DNA from: Gracilinanus agilis
Taxonomy: Eukaryota
Assembly: GCF_016433145.1 (NCBI RefSeq)
Contig: NC_058132.1
Coordinates: 63,597,641-63,661,640 of the forward strand
Length of the DNA: 64,000 nt
Direction: 5' to 3'
The notes beneath the pieces were generated by a model. That model did no database searches, was not told where the DNA came from, and saw only the letters and a program-made list of their open reading frames with translations. Shown piece after piece: positions 1 to 14,299 of the stretch. The position numbers and the translations under genes were made by a program. Positions within the stretch are counted from its first letter, which is position 1. Every line of letters starts with the position of its first letter.

Positions 1-1399
1 CTCCTATTTTACCTTGCTTCAATCTACTGTTTGTATCTAAAATGTTCTCTACTTTCCACACTACTCTCTGGACCCAACTTTCCCCTTTTACTCTTCTTCA
101 GCATTATTTCAGTTTGTGTTTTCAAAATTAAATTTCCCTTTGTGTCCTCAACTTTTACTCTCCCTCTCGTTCAATGCTTCATTCCCACCTGATGTAAAGC
201 ACTTTGCAAACCTTCAAATGCCATATAAATTATTGTTATTCTTTTCTGTGGGTTTCCATTTCATCTATAAAATGAGGAAGTTGGACTCAGAGTGGTTCAT
301 GACTGAATCTTTGGCCTAGAATTCTGAGTCTGAGGATGTGTCCGGGGAGCATGAGTGGACCCAAGTTCACTGAGACAGAATAGAAGAGGCAGGGAAATAT
401 GCTTGGGGAATGGAGAGAATGGAACAGGATGGCACCCATGAACAGTGAATGCTTGTTGGTGTGTCATGAAGGTTTGGGAGTGGTTCAGATTTTAGTGTAT
501 TTTGGGACACCTAAGATGGGATTTAGGGGTCCCAGCTGTGACAGCTGCTAGATTAGGGGCAGAAAACTAAAAGAATGAGAGTATCTTCACAGTTAATTCC
601 AGGGGACAAAAATAAATCATTTAAGAAAGGGTGAAATAGTAAAAGGACAACCCTGCCCTCTTAATTTGGGCCAAAAAGAAGCAAAAGAGTTCTAGATTCA
701 AACAAGTAAATGACAAATATTAAACAACTGCTCTGTGAAAGAAATGGTTGCCCTTGAGCATCTACAGTCTAGGAGGAAATATGTGTTAAAAAATTCACTG
801 GGAAGAAAAGTGGAAGAATCTAAGTTACTAGATTCTAATGAGAGAACTTAAAAGCTCTTCTCTCTTCATTGCCTCCACGTAGTGAAGGATGAGCAGCAAT
901 ATAGCTGGCCCAATCAGGAAAAGGGCATTCTCTGCATAGTGAACACAAGCAAATGCAGAGACTGCATATGAAGAGTAGGACTCCTCACACTCCCGAGACT
1001 TATAAAATGATGTCCCTGTGTAAGAAAAGTATCCTTCACATTTTAGAAGTCAGGAAATAGACTAATAGCAGAGGTTAAGCAAATTGCCCAGGGTCATATA
1101 GCTAGTGAAACTGAATTTGAACTCATGAATTCCTTATAGTCCAATACTATATCCACCAAGTAATTGAAAGTCATTGAGACTTATTTTGACAATGGTTTGA
1201 AGAAAGGGTTGATGTTGTGGAAAGAAAACGGAATTTGGAATAACAAGACTTGGATTGAGTGCCAGCCTTTGTAGCTGCTGCCTACACAGCCTAGAGAGCA
1301 TGTTATTTGACCCCAATGATCCTCAATATATCTTTAAAATGTTGGGGTTACACTGAATGATCTTGGACTTTTTCTAGCTCGAAAATCCCAATTAAAAGA

Positions 1400-1900
1400 A
1401 AGGGTGGAGGCAGAGGAACCAGTCGGGAGGCTACTCAGTGGTCCAGGGGATTCAGGAGAAGTACCTGAACTAAGGTGGGTGAGGGTGGGAATGAAGAGCA
1501 GAGCTTGAACCAGTTACAGACCGTGGGTTGGTTAACTCCTTCGATGAAAGGGGGCGAGGAAGATGATAGACAGGCTGAGATGGCTAGGAGAACAGGGAAG
1601 TGGGACAGGGGCAAGCTTTGGCTACGGCTGCCCTTGGGGCTGAACGAGTATTGCAGAAAGAGAAAGAAGGATGGAACTAACGAAGTTGTCCCAGAGTAGG
1701 ACCGGCTCCATTGGCAGACCACGATGTACCCCGCGGAGAGTGGGCAGAGTTCTGCAGGGGTGGCCGTAGCCACGTCAGGGAACTCTGGGAGCCTGTTTTC
1801 TCAAATCGTTTCACTTTTGAACATGTGGAAATGAATGGAAGACTTAGCCTGCCAGAAAGGCGGAGAGCAGTAACTGGAGTCTTCTCCATCCTCACCCAGA
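1400..1900 (-). mobile_element. LINE-2 fragment
   Basis: Purine-rich reverse-L2 motifs (ggaggcagaggaaccagtcgggaggctact). Confidence 0.6.
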
Positions 1901-2700
1901 ACGAGAGGCGGAGGGCGGGGAGAGGATGCTGGTTGTGACGGCCACCGGGATGATCGGGTGAGGGTGGTGCTTCCAGGAAAGAGGCGGGGCTTGGCTCCGA
2001 GCCTAGCTCCACCTCCTCTATTTACTCCCCACGTGCTCCTCCCTGGTGGTCACGACCCCACCCTCTAGAATACGACTGTGGACGAAGGCTAAGGGGAAGC
2101 TCCACCGCAAGGCCTTCACGGAGAACCGGGAGTTCGGGGATGGGGGGGGGGGGTGGGGGAGGTGGAGGATGGCGCAGTGCGCAGGCGTGAAGGAGCACTT
2201 CCGCGGGACGGCGCGAGCGGAAAGGGAAGTGAGCGCTGGACCCGGCTGGCCGTGTCCGGGCCACTGAGGGAGGAGGAGCCGTGAGGTGAGTGAGGCCACT
2301 CGCCCGCCGGGTCACCCCGCGCCGTGCGTGCCCCTGGCGCAACCCGCTGCCCGCCCCCTTCCCCGGCACCTCAGGGACTGTCGCCCGGCCTCTGCACCAC
2401 AAGCCCGCTGGAACCCGAACAGGTGTCTCCTTGGTTCGAAGCCGAGCCGCGGCCTGGGGCTGAGTCGCGACCCCGAGCGCCGGAGGCGGTGCGCGGGACT
2501 GGCCCTGACCTTGGGGGCCGCGGGCTCAGAGCGCTCCGAGTGAGTGACCGCGGAGCCGTCTCTCCCCGAGCCCTTCCCTGCACCCGCACTCGGCGGCCCC
2601 AGCTTTGTTTGTGTTTGATAACGGCCGGCTCTTCCTCTAAGTAGCGCTTAGTCTGGTAACACCTTTACCCAGGGCGTGGGGGTTTGTAAAGGGCTCCTAC
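1900..2700 (+). promoter_or_regulatory. MTFR1L: CpG island, promoter and non-coding exon 1 of MTFR1L
   Basis: Strongly CpG-rich. NRF1-like TGCGCAGGCGTG at 2178-2189 and ETS/GABP-like CACTTCCG at 2196-2203. Strong donor GAG|GTGAGT after 2285 and a second donor CGA|GTGAGT after 2539 (possible alternative first exon). TSS not determinable. Confidence 0.8.
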
Positions 2701-3338
2701 TTCTTCATACCCTGACAGTCGTGCGGGATGGGGCCTGTGGCTGCTGGGCCTCGTTAAGGGGAGGAGGTCAAATCTTGGAGAGCGCCCCTTGCCCCAGTTC
2801 TGTAGCTAGTAAGATCTTTTCACTCTACTTGGCAATGCCGAAGTCCTCTCGCCTTGGACTGCCTAGGGAGTGTTGAGGCCACCAAACTCCCGGTTACTGT
2901 GACTTTCTCCGAGTTCTCTTTCTCTCTCTGGAATACCATAGTTATTAAATTAACATTTGAATCAGTACTCGAAAGGGTTACTCCCCACCCCCCAGAAACT
3001 CCAAACCTGTAATTTAGTGATGGTGAAGGCAAGTTGCTAAGATCCCCCAGAGTTCCTAACCTAAGCTAGGCTTGCAGAGCTAAGTTCTTGTTACAATATT
3101 ATCTTCGTTATAAAGTGGCTTGGTTTTACAAAGGCAATATTGCAAAAAGTCCAACACAAATGACCTTGATATTAGCTCACGCATTCACTAGTTCACTGGG
3201 ATCCCAGAAGATTTGTGTTTATTGGCATTAAGTGGCCTTTTGGGGATTCTTGCTTTACAGTGGGAGAGACCTGCTGTTCCCAAAGATGGCCTAACATGAG
3301 GAAGCCCTGCCAGGTGGGAGCCAGCTGTGATATCGGAG

Positions 3339-3353
3339 ATGGAAACAGATTCT
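3339..3353 (+). CDS. MTFR1L: MTFR1L first coding exon (METDS); exon spans 3261-3353
   Basis: Acceptor tgctttacag| before 3261. ATG in strong Kozak context (gagATGg). Donor TCT|gtaagt. Phase 0 joins the next exon to give METDS-TIPIWQ, like mammalian ME(A)xV-TIPIWQ. Confidence 0.7.
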
Positions 3354-3879
3354 GTAAGTTGTACACATCTGCAGTAGTTGCCAGGGTGGGGCAACAAAGA
3401 ACACTCCATCTGTTTAGTAACATAAGGGAGGACAGGCATGCTATATGATTCCATGAGTAGACGGTAAAATTTAATCATACTCCATAGACTTTTTTTTTTT
3501 AATTTTTATGTTTAACATTTCTATTCACAATTCTAAGACAGAAGGGCAAGGGCTAGGCTATTGGAGTTAAGTGACTTACTTGTCCAGGGTAGTACAGCTA
3601 GAAAGTGCCTGAGGCCATATCTGAACCAAAATCCTCTTGACTCCAGGTCTGGCCTCTATCCACTGTGCCACCTAACTGCCTCTGTACTTCTTTTCAAGCC
3701 ACTTATACCTTATAACTTTCTCCCTCACTCTGCTCCCCATTCCATTCTTCTTATCATGTCAGTGGCATACTCCATGCTTTCCCCCTTTGTTCCAATTTCA
3801 GAGGAAGAGGTGACCCTAACTGCCAACACCATCCTCTCTATTTGTGCCCCTGGTTGCAGAAGCTTACCCCTTCAGTCAT

Positions 3880-4830
3880 TTCTTCTTTCTTCCTAATTTT
3901 TATCCATTGATATCTCCCTTGCTGCATTAGGACATGCAAAGACCCTCCCTTTCTTTTTTTTCCCTCCCTCCCTTAAACCTTCATTGTCCTTATACTCCCC
4001 TAATGCTGTCATCCTATGTCTCTTTCCTTTCACAAACTCCTAGGAAAAGCTGTCTGTATTTGCTGCCTCTACTTTCTCATTTCCCACTCAGTTAACCCCT
4101 TTCAGTCTGTTTTCTATAAGTACTATTTAAATAATTCTGAAATCAACATAATTCTTACTGCTAAATCCCAATGGTCTTTCCTGAACCTTCCTCCTTCTTG
4201 ACCTCTCTGCATCTTTGACACTTGGCAAATCCTTTTTTCTGAAGAGTCCTTGGGTTTTATTGATATTTCTATGCTTTAATTCTCTTTGTACATGTCTCCC
4301 TGATCCACTCTGGTTTTTCTTTGTAGGAACATCAGCCATGCTCCATCTCCATGCTTAGATATATCCCAGCTCCTTAACCCATACCTGTTATTTAATCTGA
4401 GCTCCAAGATTGTATTTCCAACTGCCTGCTAGATATCTCAAACAAAACAAATCTAAACTGAGCTTATTATCTTTCCTTAAGCCAACTCTCCTGCCTCTTT
4501 TTTTCTTTCTTTTGAGGCACCACCAAATTAGTTACCTAGGTTCTCTAGCCTCTTAACTGTTCTCTCTTCATCCAGCCAGTCATTCTCACAGCTTTCAACT
4601 GTTATTCCTAAAGCCAAATCTGACCAGATCATTCCCTGTTCAAGAAGTTTTAGTCACTCCCTGTTGCCTTTAGGATAAAACAAAATCCACTATTTAGCAC
4701 TTTCAAGGCTTTTTTATTTTGTTTACAGCCAGTTTCTCCAGGCAGGTTACATATTACTCCTCCTCACAGACTCTAGTCCAGCTGGCTTGCTTACACTTAT
4801 GCAAATGCTGTGTTATATGATAGGATTAAC
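3880..4830 (+). mobile_element. LINE-2 fragment
   Basis: L2-like motifs (atggtctttcctgaaccttcctccttcttgacctctctgcatctttgacac). Confidence 0.7.
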
Positions 4831-4974
4831 TTAGTGATTTTAAATGTGTTAGAATTAAATATTTTAATTCATAATCATATACAAACATTATTGAGAAATT
4901 GATTTCCCCTATAAATTGACCTTGTTGCCAGGCTCTGGGGAAAGTAACAGAGTTGTGTTTTTCTTTTTGCCTAG

Positions 4975-5106
<132 letters not shown>

Positions 5107-7239
5107 TAGGCTGGGAAAAAATCAAATTTGTCTCAACATTGAGGCAGTAATAGAAAGATTACTGGGCCAGGGGACAGAAGGCCAGGTCCTTAGTCTGAGC
5201 CCTGCCCTTACTGTCTGTTATACCTCCCCAGGTCTAAATGGAAAAGACCAGATGATCTCTCATGTCCTTTCCAATCTGTGATTCCATGAATGAGATTTTA
5301 CTACTTCCATTTATTTTTTTAAAAATAGATTTTAATTGATATTTTTGTTTTTATATTACCTAGATTTCTCCCCTCCCAAAAATTCATCCCTTAAAACCTT
5401 TCTTTAAGAGGAAAATTCTGGCAAAACTGATCAATGCGTTTTTTAAATGTGACATATTCAGTTTCACCAGATGTTTATACCGAGCAAAATCATGACTATT
5501 TTGAATTATAAGGTGATCAGAAAAAAATCTTGATTTTTCAATTCTTCCTGTATTTTAAATAACTCCTTCCTATCCTTAGCCTTGTCATAAATAGAGTACT
5601 TGTAGAACCACATCACAGAATTGTTGTGAAGATTAAGAGATAATGTTTGTAAAGCACTTTACAAATTTTAAAGAACAGTAGGGCCTCCATATCCTCAAGG
5701 GGAAAGTTCCAAGAAGTATTATTGTGAATGGTTGAAACCAAAGATATAAGCTAACACCTGCTGGCCCCTATATGTGTGCTTTCTCTCCCTATTTCCTGCC
5801 TCTGGCTTGAGGCTCTGCAGCCTCCCTCTCTGTTCCCTCTTCCTCTTCTCCAATAAAAAAATTTATGAAAGTGAAAGCAAAAGAGACTGCAAGTCACTGC
5901 TATGGTTGCTCTCAGATGCTTCACTGAACAGTTTGCTTCACAGTTGAGAGCAGATCCAGATAAGGGGCCTGTTGTACTATGCAAACATCAGCTATTATTC
6001 CTAGAACCTTTGTGAGGAGTTACTTGTAATAAGACCCTTTCTGCATCTTATTTTCCCTATTAAGAATAAAGCCAGTTCTTGCTTAGTAAGTGGACCATTC
6101 TATAGCCCTTCTCCTCAAAAACTGTGGCCCCACTAGACCATCTTTAAGACTCCTGTGCTGCAGCTGCTGGCAAGCCTTGGGGGAAGGGGTTCTGCACTCC
6201 AGGAGTGAAATTTGGGTGATTCAAATTTATGTAAAGCAAGAAGTGTCACTATATAGTAATTCTAATGAAGAAGTTGTTTAAAATACATGAAGAATTGAAA
6301 TTCAAGGTATTCTGATCACCTTGTAATTCAGAATAATGACGATTTTGCTCATTGCAGACATCTACATGAATTTTATTTTCTTTTTCCAAAAATATTCCCT
6401 TCTTCCAAACTTCCTTATTACTGTCAAGGGCACACCACTACCTCCCAGTTACCCAGGCTTGCAACCTAGCGGTCATCCTCAGTCTAGTAAAGACTGAACA
6501 AAACTACTTGGAATGGAGCTATGCCTAAGACAAGTAAGGTGATAACACCTAGTTGCCCTTGATGAGTTTGTTACCTGTCCCAGAATTATTGTATTAGCCT
6601 TCTTAGTGATCTTGCTGCACCCATTCCAAAAGAACTAGAAGATATGATTTTTGAGCCACTGTCTGTGATCCTTGAGAGACTGTGGAGAAAATATTTTCAT
6701 CAGATATTTCTGATTTAGGTCTGATGTTCAAGATTTATAGGGATTTGATACAACTTTATAAGACCAGAAAAGTAGTCAAAAGATATGAACAGTCATCAGG
6801 AAAATTACAACCATTGATTACTACATGAAAGATTGTTCCAAATCATTATAAGAAGAAAAGTGCAAATTAAGATAAGAGGTTTTACCTCACAGGAAATTGG
6901 CCAGTGATGAAAAAAAGACTGAAATAGTCTATGCTAGAGAGGCTGTGTGGGAAGCACACCAATAAGGAATAGGGGAAGAAAAAGGGAAGGGACATTTACT
7001 AAACAGCTAGTATGTGCCAGGTACTATGCTAAGCACTATTCAAATATTATCTCACTTGATCCTCTCAACACCCTGGGAAGCAAGAGCTACTATTATCTCC
7101 ATTTTACAGTTGAAGAAACTCAGGCAAATAAATTAAGTGACTTGCCTAAGGTCACAATGCTGGTAAAGCCTGAGGTCATATTTGAACTTGGGTCTTCCTG
7201 ACTCCAAACCCAGCACTCTGTCTACTGTCCCAGCTGCCT

Positions 7240-7940
7240 CTGTGAATTAGCCATCCTTAATTCTTCCTTCTCTTTTATTACCTATATCCATCTAGTTGTC
7301 AAGTCTTATCAGTCCTATATCCATGACTTCTTTCACAACCATTCTCTCCCTTCACTCATTCAGCTCAATTTAGTAAACATTTATTAAATGTGCTAGGCAC
7401 TATGCTAAACAATGAAAATACAAAAAGAGGCAAGAGTCAGTCCTTGCCCTTAAGGAGCTTATAGTCTCATGGGGAAAACAGCATGCAAGCAAACAAAAAT
7501 GGGATAAGTAGAAACTGTTAAAAGAGGGAAAGTTCAGGAATGGAGAGGAGTCAAGGAAGGCTTTCTGTAGAAGGTGGGATATTACTTGGAATTTTAAGGA
7601 AGCTAGGGAGGTCAGAAGGTGGAGATGAGAAAGAAGAATTTTCCAGGCTTGAGGGACAGCCAGAGAGAAGGCCCAGAGCCAAAAGATGGTGTGTCTTCTT
7701 CTTTGGCTAAGAGGCCAATGTCATGGAATAAAGAATAAATGATGGGGAATAAGGTGTGAGGAGACTGAAAAGGTAGAAGGTTAGGAAGGACTTTGGATGC
7801 CAAACAATGCATTTTGTTTTTTCTCTTGGAAGCAATAGGGAGCTACTGGAGGTTACTGAGTGGAGGGAGGGAAGAGGGAGAGGTGACATGAGCAGATCTA
7901 TGCTTTAAGAAGTTCATTTTAATAGCTAAATGGATGTCAA
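7240..7940 (-). mobile_element. LINE-2 3' fragment(s)
   Basis: Reverse L2 tail (aaacatttattaaatgtgctaggcactatgctaa) followed by L2 body. Confidence 0.65.
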
Positions 7941-9345
7941 GGTATATATCTATATATATATTCCATTGAGAGGAAAAGAATATGGAGAAAGAAAATTAAA
8001 TGCAGGACATTCTGTCTCCTTCTTTGCCTTTATGCAAAAGGGTCTTCCAAGTCACTTTCTGCCTCACTGCTGCCTCATAGAATTCTGCTAACCCTCCCAA
8101 CAGTACATGTACACCTTTCCTGACCTTTCATCTTTGTCCCTTCTCTCCATATTAGCACTTTCTTCTTGAAAAATGTATATTTAGTTGTATTCATATTTCT
8201 TCAGTAGAATGTAAATTTCCCCAGGATCTAACACAATACTTTGCACATATTAGATACATAAATGGTCATTAAACAAAAAAAGACAAATGTAATCATTCTC
8301 TAAGGAAAGATTTCCTCTGAGAGTTGTCCAAAAGTCAAATGGGCTGCTTCAGATGTGGGTTCAATCTTATTACCACTAAAGTCAAGTATGTTATAGAGTA
8401 GGTCCTTGTCCAAAAGAAGGTGGGTTGTATTCTATCTTCTGAGATTCAATGAGGCCTATGCCTCTCAGGGAAATATTTCTCCTGGCCCCACTGATCTCAG
8501 AAGTGAAATTCCAAACAATTATTCAGTTCTTCCTGTATCAGGCCTTAGGACAGTCTGATAGGGAACCATGAGCTAGGAGGTATATGTGTTTGAAAGAATA
8601 AGACTGGGCAAAGTACTCCCCTTCACCTAAAAGTTTAGCTACCTCAGTTTTTCCATCAGAATCATTAACAGGTAAAGTCTAACACATAGCAAGCAGTTAT
8701 CACCCTTTGGACTCCCAAAATGGGACTTGGTTCTAGGTAATATAGTTACAATAAAAAGAGTATGCAACAAACACAAATCCTAGAATGGCAAGTGTACAAA
8801 AGAGAGCCCACATATGAGTCTTGCCTACAGAGAATATGTAGTCCAGGACACTAAGCAAACTTGTTGCCTATAATCATAAATGCCAGGTACATAACACTAG
8901 AGCTGGAAAGTGCCTCAAGCCATCTAGGCCAGCCCCAACATTGTACAGATAAGAAACCTTAAGCCCAGAGAGGTTAAAGGACACATGTAATTAATGAAGG
9001 AATTCAGCAATTCAGATTGGCAAACCTCAAGCAAAGTCCAGTGCTCAGTGATCTAATGGGGGGAGGATATAATAGGTGTACAGAGAAGTGTGATAAAGAC
9101 AAAGCACTTTTAAGAAAGGAAGTGGGGTGATGGGGGGAGGTACATCTAGGTGGCTCAGTGTATGGATAGCCAGGCTTGGAGATGGGAGGTCCTGAGTTCA
9201 AATCTGACCTCAGATACTTCCAAAGCTTTGTGATCCTGCACAAGTCACTTAACCCTGATTGTTTAGCCCTAACTACTCTTGTGCCTTAGAACCAATACAC
9301 AGTATTCTAAGACAGAAGGGATGGGTTTAAAAAAAAAAAAAAAAA

Positions 9346-9393
9346 GGAAGGAAGGAAGGAAGGAAGGAAGGAAGGAAGGAAGGAAGGAAGGAG
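9346..9393. repeat. (GGAA)n microsatellite grown from a SINE A-tail
   Basis: Directly visible. Confidence 0.95.
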
Positions 9394-11589
9394 GAAAAAG
9401 AGACAGAGCATGGTTGAATATTTGAGAAATAACATTGCACATTGTTGGGGTAGTTGTAATAGCTCCTCAGCTCAGCAGATTAGGCCATGGAAGAGCAGGG
9501 GAACCAAGGCCACATGTTGATTTCCATAAGAGACCAGTTAGCTTCATCATATAGAGCCTGCCCGGTGTCTGGCCAACTGTCTCACAAATGTGTCATTAAG
9601 GAAAACATTGAAAGCCTGAGTAAAAGATGACTGAGGCAGCCTCCAATAACTCTGCTGTCAGAAGAGCTCAGTGTAGTACAGGACTTGGGTATAGAAAGTG
9701 ATTCTTGGATGTTTTCTTTCTTTTCATCTGTTTATAGTTCCAATGAGAAGTCAGAAAATCTTTAGAGATGACCGACATGTAAAAATTCCCCTTTAAAGGT
9801 GTGCAGTTTTTTTTCCCATTGTTCTCTCTTACTTTGACTGTGCAACACATGCCTTCTTTCCACCATGCCAGCAAAGGACAATGAAGACTTGATCCTTGAC
9901 AGGGTTAAGAGGTGTCATATTCAAACTCTGGGAGTTGTGAGTCTCGCCTTGATTGACAGGTGAAGACAGTTGGAGACATCGGAATGTTCCCAGATGCCAT
10001 GAGGACAAGAGGAAAGGCAGTTGGCCAGAGGATATAAATACCCTGACAGCCATCTGACAGGGGCTTTTGGCTTTGACCCTTGGCCTGGAACCCTTGGCCT
10101 TGGACATTGATCTCTGATCTTGGAGCATTGACCTGTGGATCTCTTGACTGTGGGTCCTCTGATTCTCTCTGAATTCCCCCTAGATATTTAGACATCTGAA
10201 TCATCATTAGATATTTAGGTATCTGGGCCCAGGTGGGAACCAGGAAGAAGGAAGGAGAAGAAGCAGAGGGAGGTAAGGGAGGTATTTCCTGACAGCTGTA
10301 GGACTGACATAACAACTGGCAATAAGAAGCTGAGAGAGATCATCGATAAATGTATCAACCAAGTAGATCACTTTCTCTGATTTGGCTGTGGCCAAGCTGA
10401 ACCAGAGGAGGTGAAGAACAAGAGCTCCAGCATTACTGAAACAGCCTACAGTCCTGAGGGATTAGTGGTCATAGCCATTAGTGACAGGGTCTCCTATCCC
10501 CAATCCATTCCTGATTATTCCTTTCCCTTATTAACATCTATAGATAAAGTTTATTAAGTACCTTCCTGAGTAGTTATTAAATCACAACTCTTGGGGAGGG
10601 AGCAACGCAGTCAGATGAAAATGTTATCCAAGGCTAATAGAGCCAATCCAACCCCAGGTGGGACCTGAAAGGGTTACCCATTCACCTGACCTTTAGAGAT
10701 CCTGCCTGGGTGCTGTTATCAAGAAGGGGCAGTTATAACATCCAGCTGAGTGACAGGACTTGGGTGTCCTTGTACCAGCTATCAAGGGAATCTAAGGCAC
10801 AGCTTCCTTGATTAATATACCCTATAATAACTATAATAGTAGAAAAAGATACCTTCTTTATAACAAAGGGAAAACCTCTTCTAGCTTGTATAAAAGCCTA
10901 ATCACCTTAATTCGATCTTATGCCACTGTGGTAAAACTTCTTGATTCAGTAATAAAGTTTACTATTGCCCAGCCAGGGAATTAAAGAAACCAATCAAGGT
11001 TAGTTAGTGGTAGGAGCTATACTGAAGCAGCAGTAAGACCTCACACTAGGTCCGATTCAGGAAAACTTTGTGAGTCCAAATCTGACCTCAGACACTTACT
11101 ATATGACCCTGGACAAGTCAGTTAACCCTATTTGCCTCAGGTATCTCATCTGTAAAATGAGATGGAGAAGGACTGGCAAACCACTCCAGTATCTTTGCCA
11201 AGAAAACTCCAAATGGGATCATGAAGAGTTGGAATGACTGAGAAATAACTGAAATGAGGTTTAGAAAGTATTTTCCTCACACCCTGTGAGATAGGCATCT
11301 TCATTCAAGTGACTTATCTAAGCCAGGACTAGGGAAAAGCTACAGCAGTTCCACCCTCCTCCCCCCACCATCCCAAAGGATATTTCTGCTGCTGATAGAT
11401 TAGGAACTTCATCTTCAATTGTGGCCTTAAAACAAGAGTGACTCAACTTAATCAAAAACATTCCTTAGAATAGACTGCTTTTAAGCTCAGTTTTATAACT
11501 CATTATAAGGAAACTCCTATTGAACTCCCTTTCTTGGGATGGTATTTCTTTGGGCAAGAGCATCTAAGTCACTTGATAGGCTTATTTCT

Positions 11590-11990
11590 TATTTTTTAAA
11601 CCCTTACCTTCCCTCTTGGAATCAATATTGTGTTTTGGTTCCAAGGCAGAAGAGTGGTAAGGGCTAAGCATTGGGGGTTCAGTGACTTGCCCAGGATCAC
11701 ACAGCTAGGAAGTGTCTGAGGCCAGATTTGTATCAAGGACCTCCCATCTCTAGGCCTGGCTCTCAATCCAGAGCCACTCAGCTGCCCCTGGGTCTATTTT
11801 TTTTTTTTAATTTTTTAAACCCTTAACTTCTGTGTATTGACTTATTGGTGGAAGATTGGTAAGGGTAGGCAATGGGGGTCAAGTGACTTGCCCAGGGTCA
11901 CACAGCTGGGAAGTGTCTGAGGCCGGATTTGAACCTAGAACCTCCTGTCTCTAGGCCTGGCTCTCAATCCACTGAGCTACCCCCTGGGTC
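11590..11990 (-). mobile_element. Two tandem didelphid tRNA-derived SINEs (SINE1_Mdo-like)
   Basis: Repeated cccagggtcacacagct...gaggcc...gaacct...ctctcaatcc bodies. The younger copy is bounded by cccctgggtctattt at 11785 and 11981. Confidence 0.9.
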
Positions 11991-13132
11991 TATTTCTTTT
12001 TGAAAGTACCGAGGGGGAGTTTGGAAGGCTCTTCTAGGCCAGATCTGCACCATTTTGGTTTTCCTGAGCTGCTGATAACTCTTATCTTGCTAGTTCTAAA
12101 GCAGATTTTACCCTTCCTTCCCTACTCCCAGGCCTCTGGAAGTCATTAATAGCTGCTGAGTAGAGAATGACATTAGGAAGAAAGGAAGCCAGAAGAGATG
12201 GGTGGGAGTTTTCAGCAAATGAGGGATTTCTCTAAACCTTTGATCTGGCCCTGGAGCCAAACTTACTGTAACTCAGCCTGCTGTCCACTCCTCCTCACCT
12301 GTGTACAGTTCTACACCTCATCTGGCCTGGCCTGTGGACTATTGGAAAAGTATTGATTGGCTAGAGAGTCAGGTCACTTTTGATTCTTCTTTCTGGCCTT
12401 GTAGGAATGGAACAGAGCAAAGTCTTTGTTTTTGGAGGGATGTTAGGAAAGGCTGGAGAAAACAGTGAGAGAAGTGTGCTTTAGAGGTGAAAAACTTATG
12501 TAGAAAAACTCCTGTTCTATTGGATGTTTTCAAATGTCCAGAGGCTACCTGATATTTAGAAGTCACTGAGTGGTGACTATGACACAAATTTGTCAAACTC
12601 GAACATCTGCCTTTGCTAATTAGGCTGCATCCTGATTGAGAAAAAAATACTTTCTCAATAGAACAATGAGAAGTTTCCTATTTTAAGGAATCTTGTGGTG
12701 ATTTTTTGTCAGATGAATTTCATGGATGTCACCTGAGAAAAATATGTTTTGACCCAGAAGGTGGGCCAGTCATGTAATAAGCTCCAGCTCAGGTTCTAGT
12801 GGTATCCAGGTAATGTTAAGAGATGTAAAAGAAGGTATGAGGGCCCCTCACTGGCATGACAGATGGGCCTTTGTAAAAGATACATGAGAGCACAGGAACA
12901 AGACAGTGAGGGCAAGGAGGGCTGGTTGAGCAATGGCCTTTAGGGGAGCACTCTCATTGAATAGAAATGTGTTGTTAATGAAAACAACAATGTTGTGGTA
13001 CTTCTGAATATTTGTGGCATCACCAGATTTCTAATCTAGCAAAAAGGTCATCAAATGGCCTGAATTGGTTGTTTCTTCAATAAGATTATTTGGCCCAGCC
13101 CCAACCAAGAGCCTCTTTGCTTCTCTTCATAG

Positions 13133-13243
<111 letters not shown>

Positions 13244-14299
13244 TAAGGTGTGGGAACCAGGCCTACGTGCAGCAGAGCCTAGAATTTGACTGGTAAGGAC
13301 ATGAGAATTGTGGGTTCCCTGCCTCTTTGCAGCCTTAGAGTTCTAGGTCTTCATTAATTCAACAAACATTGTACAAGGGCTTGTGCTCCTTGCTGGAGAT
13401 AAAAAGATAAGAACAGCACAGTCCTTGATCTCAGTTTACGATCTCATTTGCATATATACATGTATGCAAATAGTTGTTACAGAAGTCAGTGAAGTGAATA
13501 AAGGAGGTATGGGCAAGGTGATCAAAGAAATTTGTAAGAAATTGCTTTTTTTCTGTGTGTGTGTGTGTTTTTTAAGAAGTTTATTGATGTCTTTTATTTA
13601 CATTTTCATAGTATGAATGTTCATATTCATATATTCACATCCTTCCTCCATCCCTACCCAGAGAGCCATCCCATGTAATAAATAGTATTTAAGAGGAGGA
13701 AAAATCATAACTGACCATAAAGGAATAGATTGGGGGTGTCCTCATATCTGAAGTGATAGTAAAGACACTAGCAGGTAGAAATTGCAGGTAGGGCCTTCTA
13801 CACATTGAAGCTTTTGAGCAAAAGCATGGGAATAGAAGAGTCCTTTGAAATTTGGTTGAGACACTGAATGTGTGAATAGGAGGTAAAATGAGAAATTTGG
13901 ACATGGGAGTTAGAATTGGATTATATGAAAGACTTTGATAATTTATACTTTTTTCAGTGTGCAGTGAAGAACCTCGGAAAATGTTTATATAGAGGAGTAG
14001 CCTGATCAGAATGGCACTTTGGAAACTTAATTCATATACAGCTTAGAAATAAATGTACTTCCTGGATCAAAAATGCTTTTAAAAGGACTTCAATTAAAAT
14101 GTATCCTATGAGGTTCTTTCCTAAGTAAATGGCAACACATTTTTCTGAATTTCATCATTTCTACTACATACTATCATCAGCAAATGCTGATTGTTGTCAG
14201 GGAGAATAATATTAGCTCTAATATATATCTCACATGCATTTCTCCCTTCTTAGAAGGTATCTGATTTCAAGATACCACAAGAAGCAGTTTTTGTCAAAT

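Noticed and set aside
1-1900. SELENON 3'UTR and SECIS element, expected upstream by synteny
   Set aside because: No convincing AUGA/AA/GA SECIS hairpin or SELENON exon was seen. The region is mostly L2/MIR.
9700-10900. Possible retroviral gag zinc-knuckle or env remnant with short imperfect repeats
   Set aside because: The CCHC motif is not intact and the gag-like and env-like bits are in an inconsistent order, so I cannot support a call. Left for RepeatMasker.
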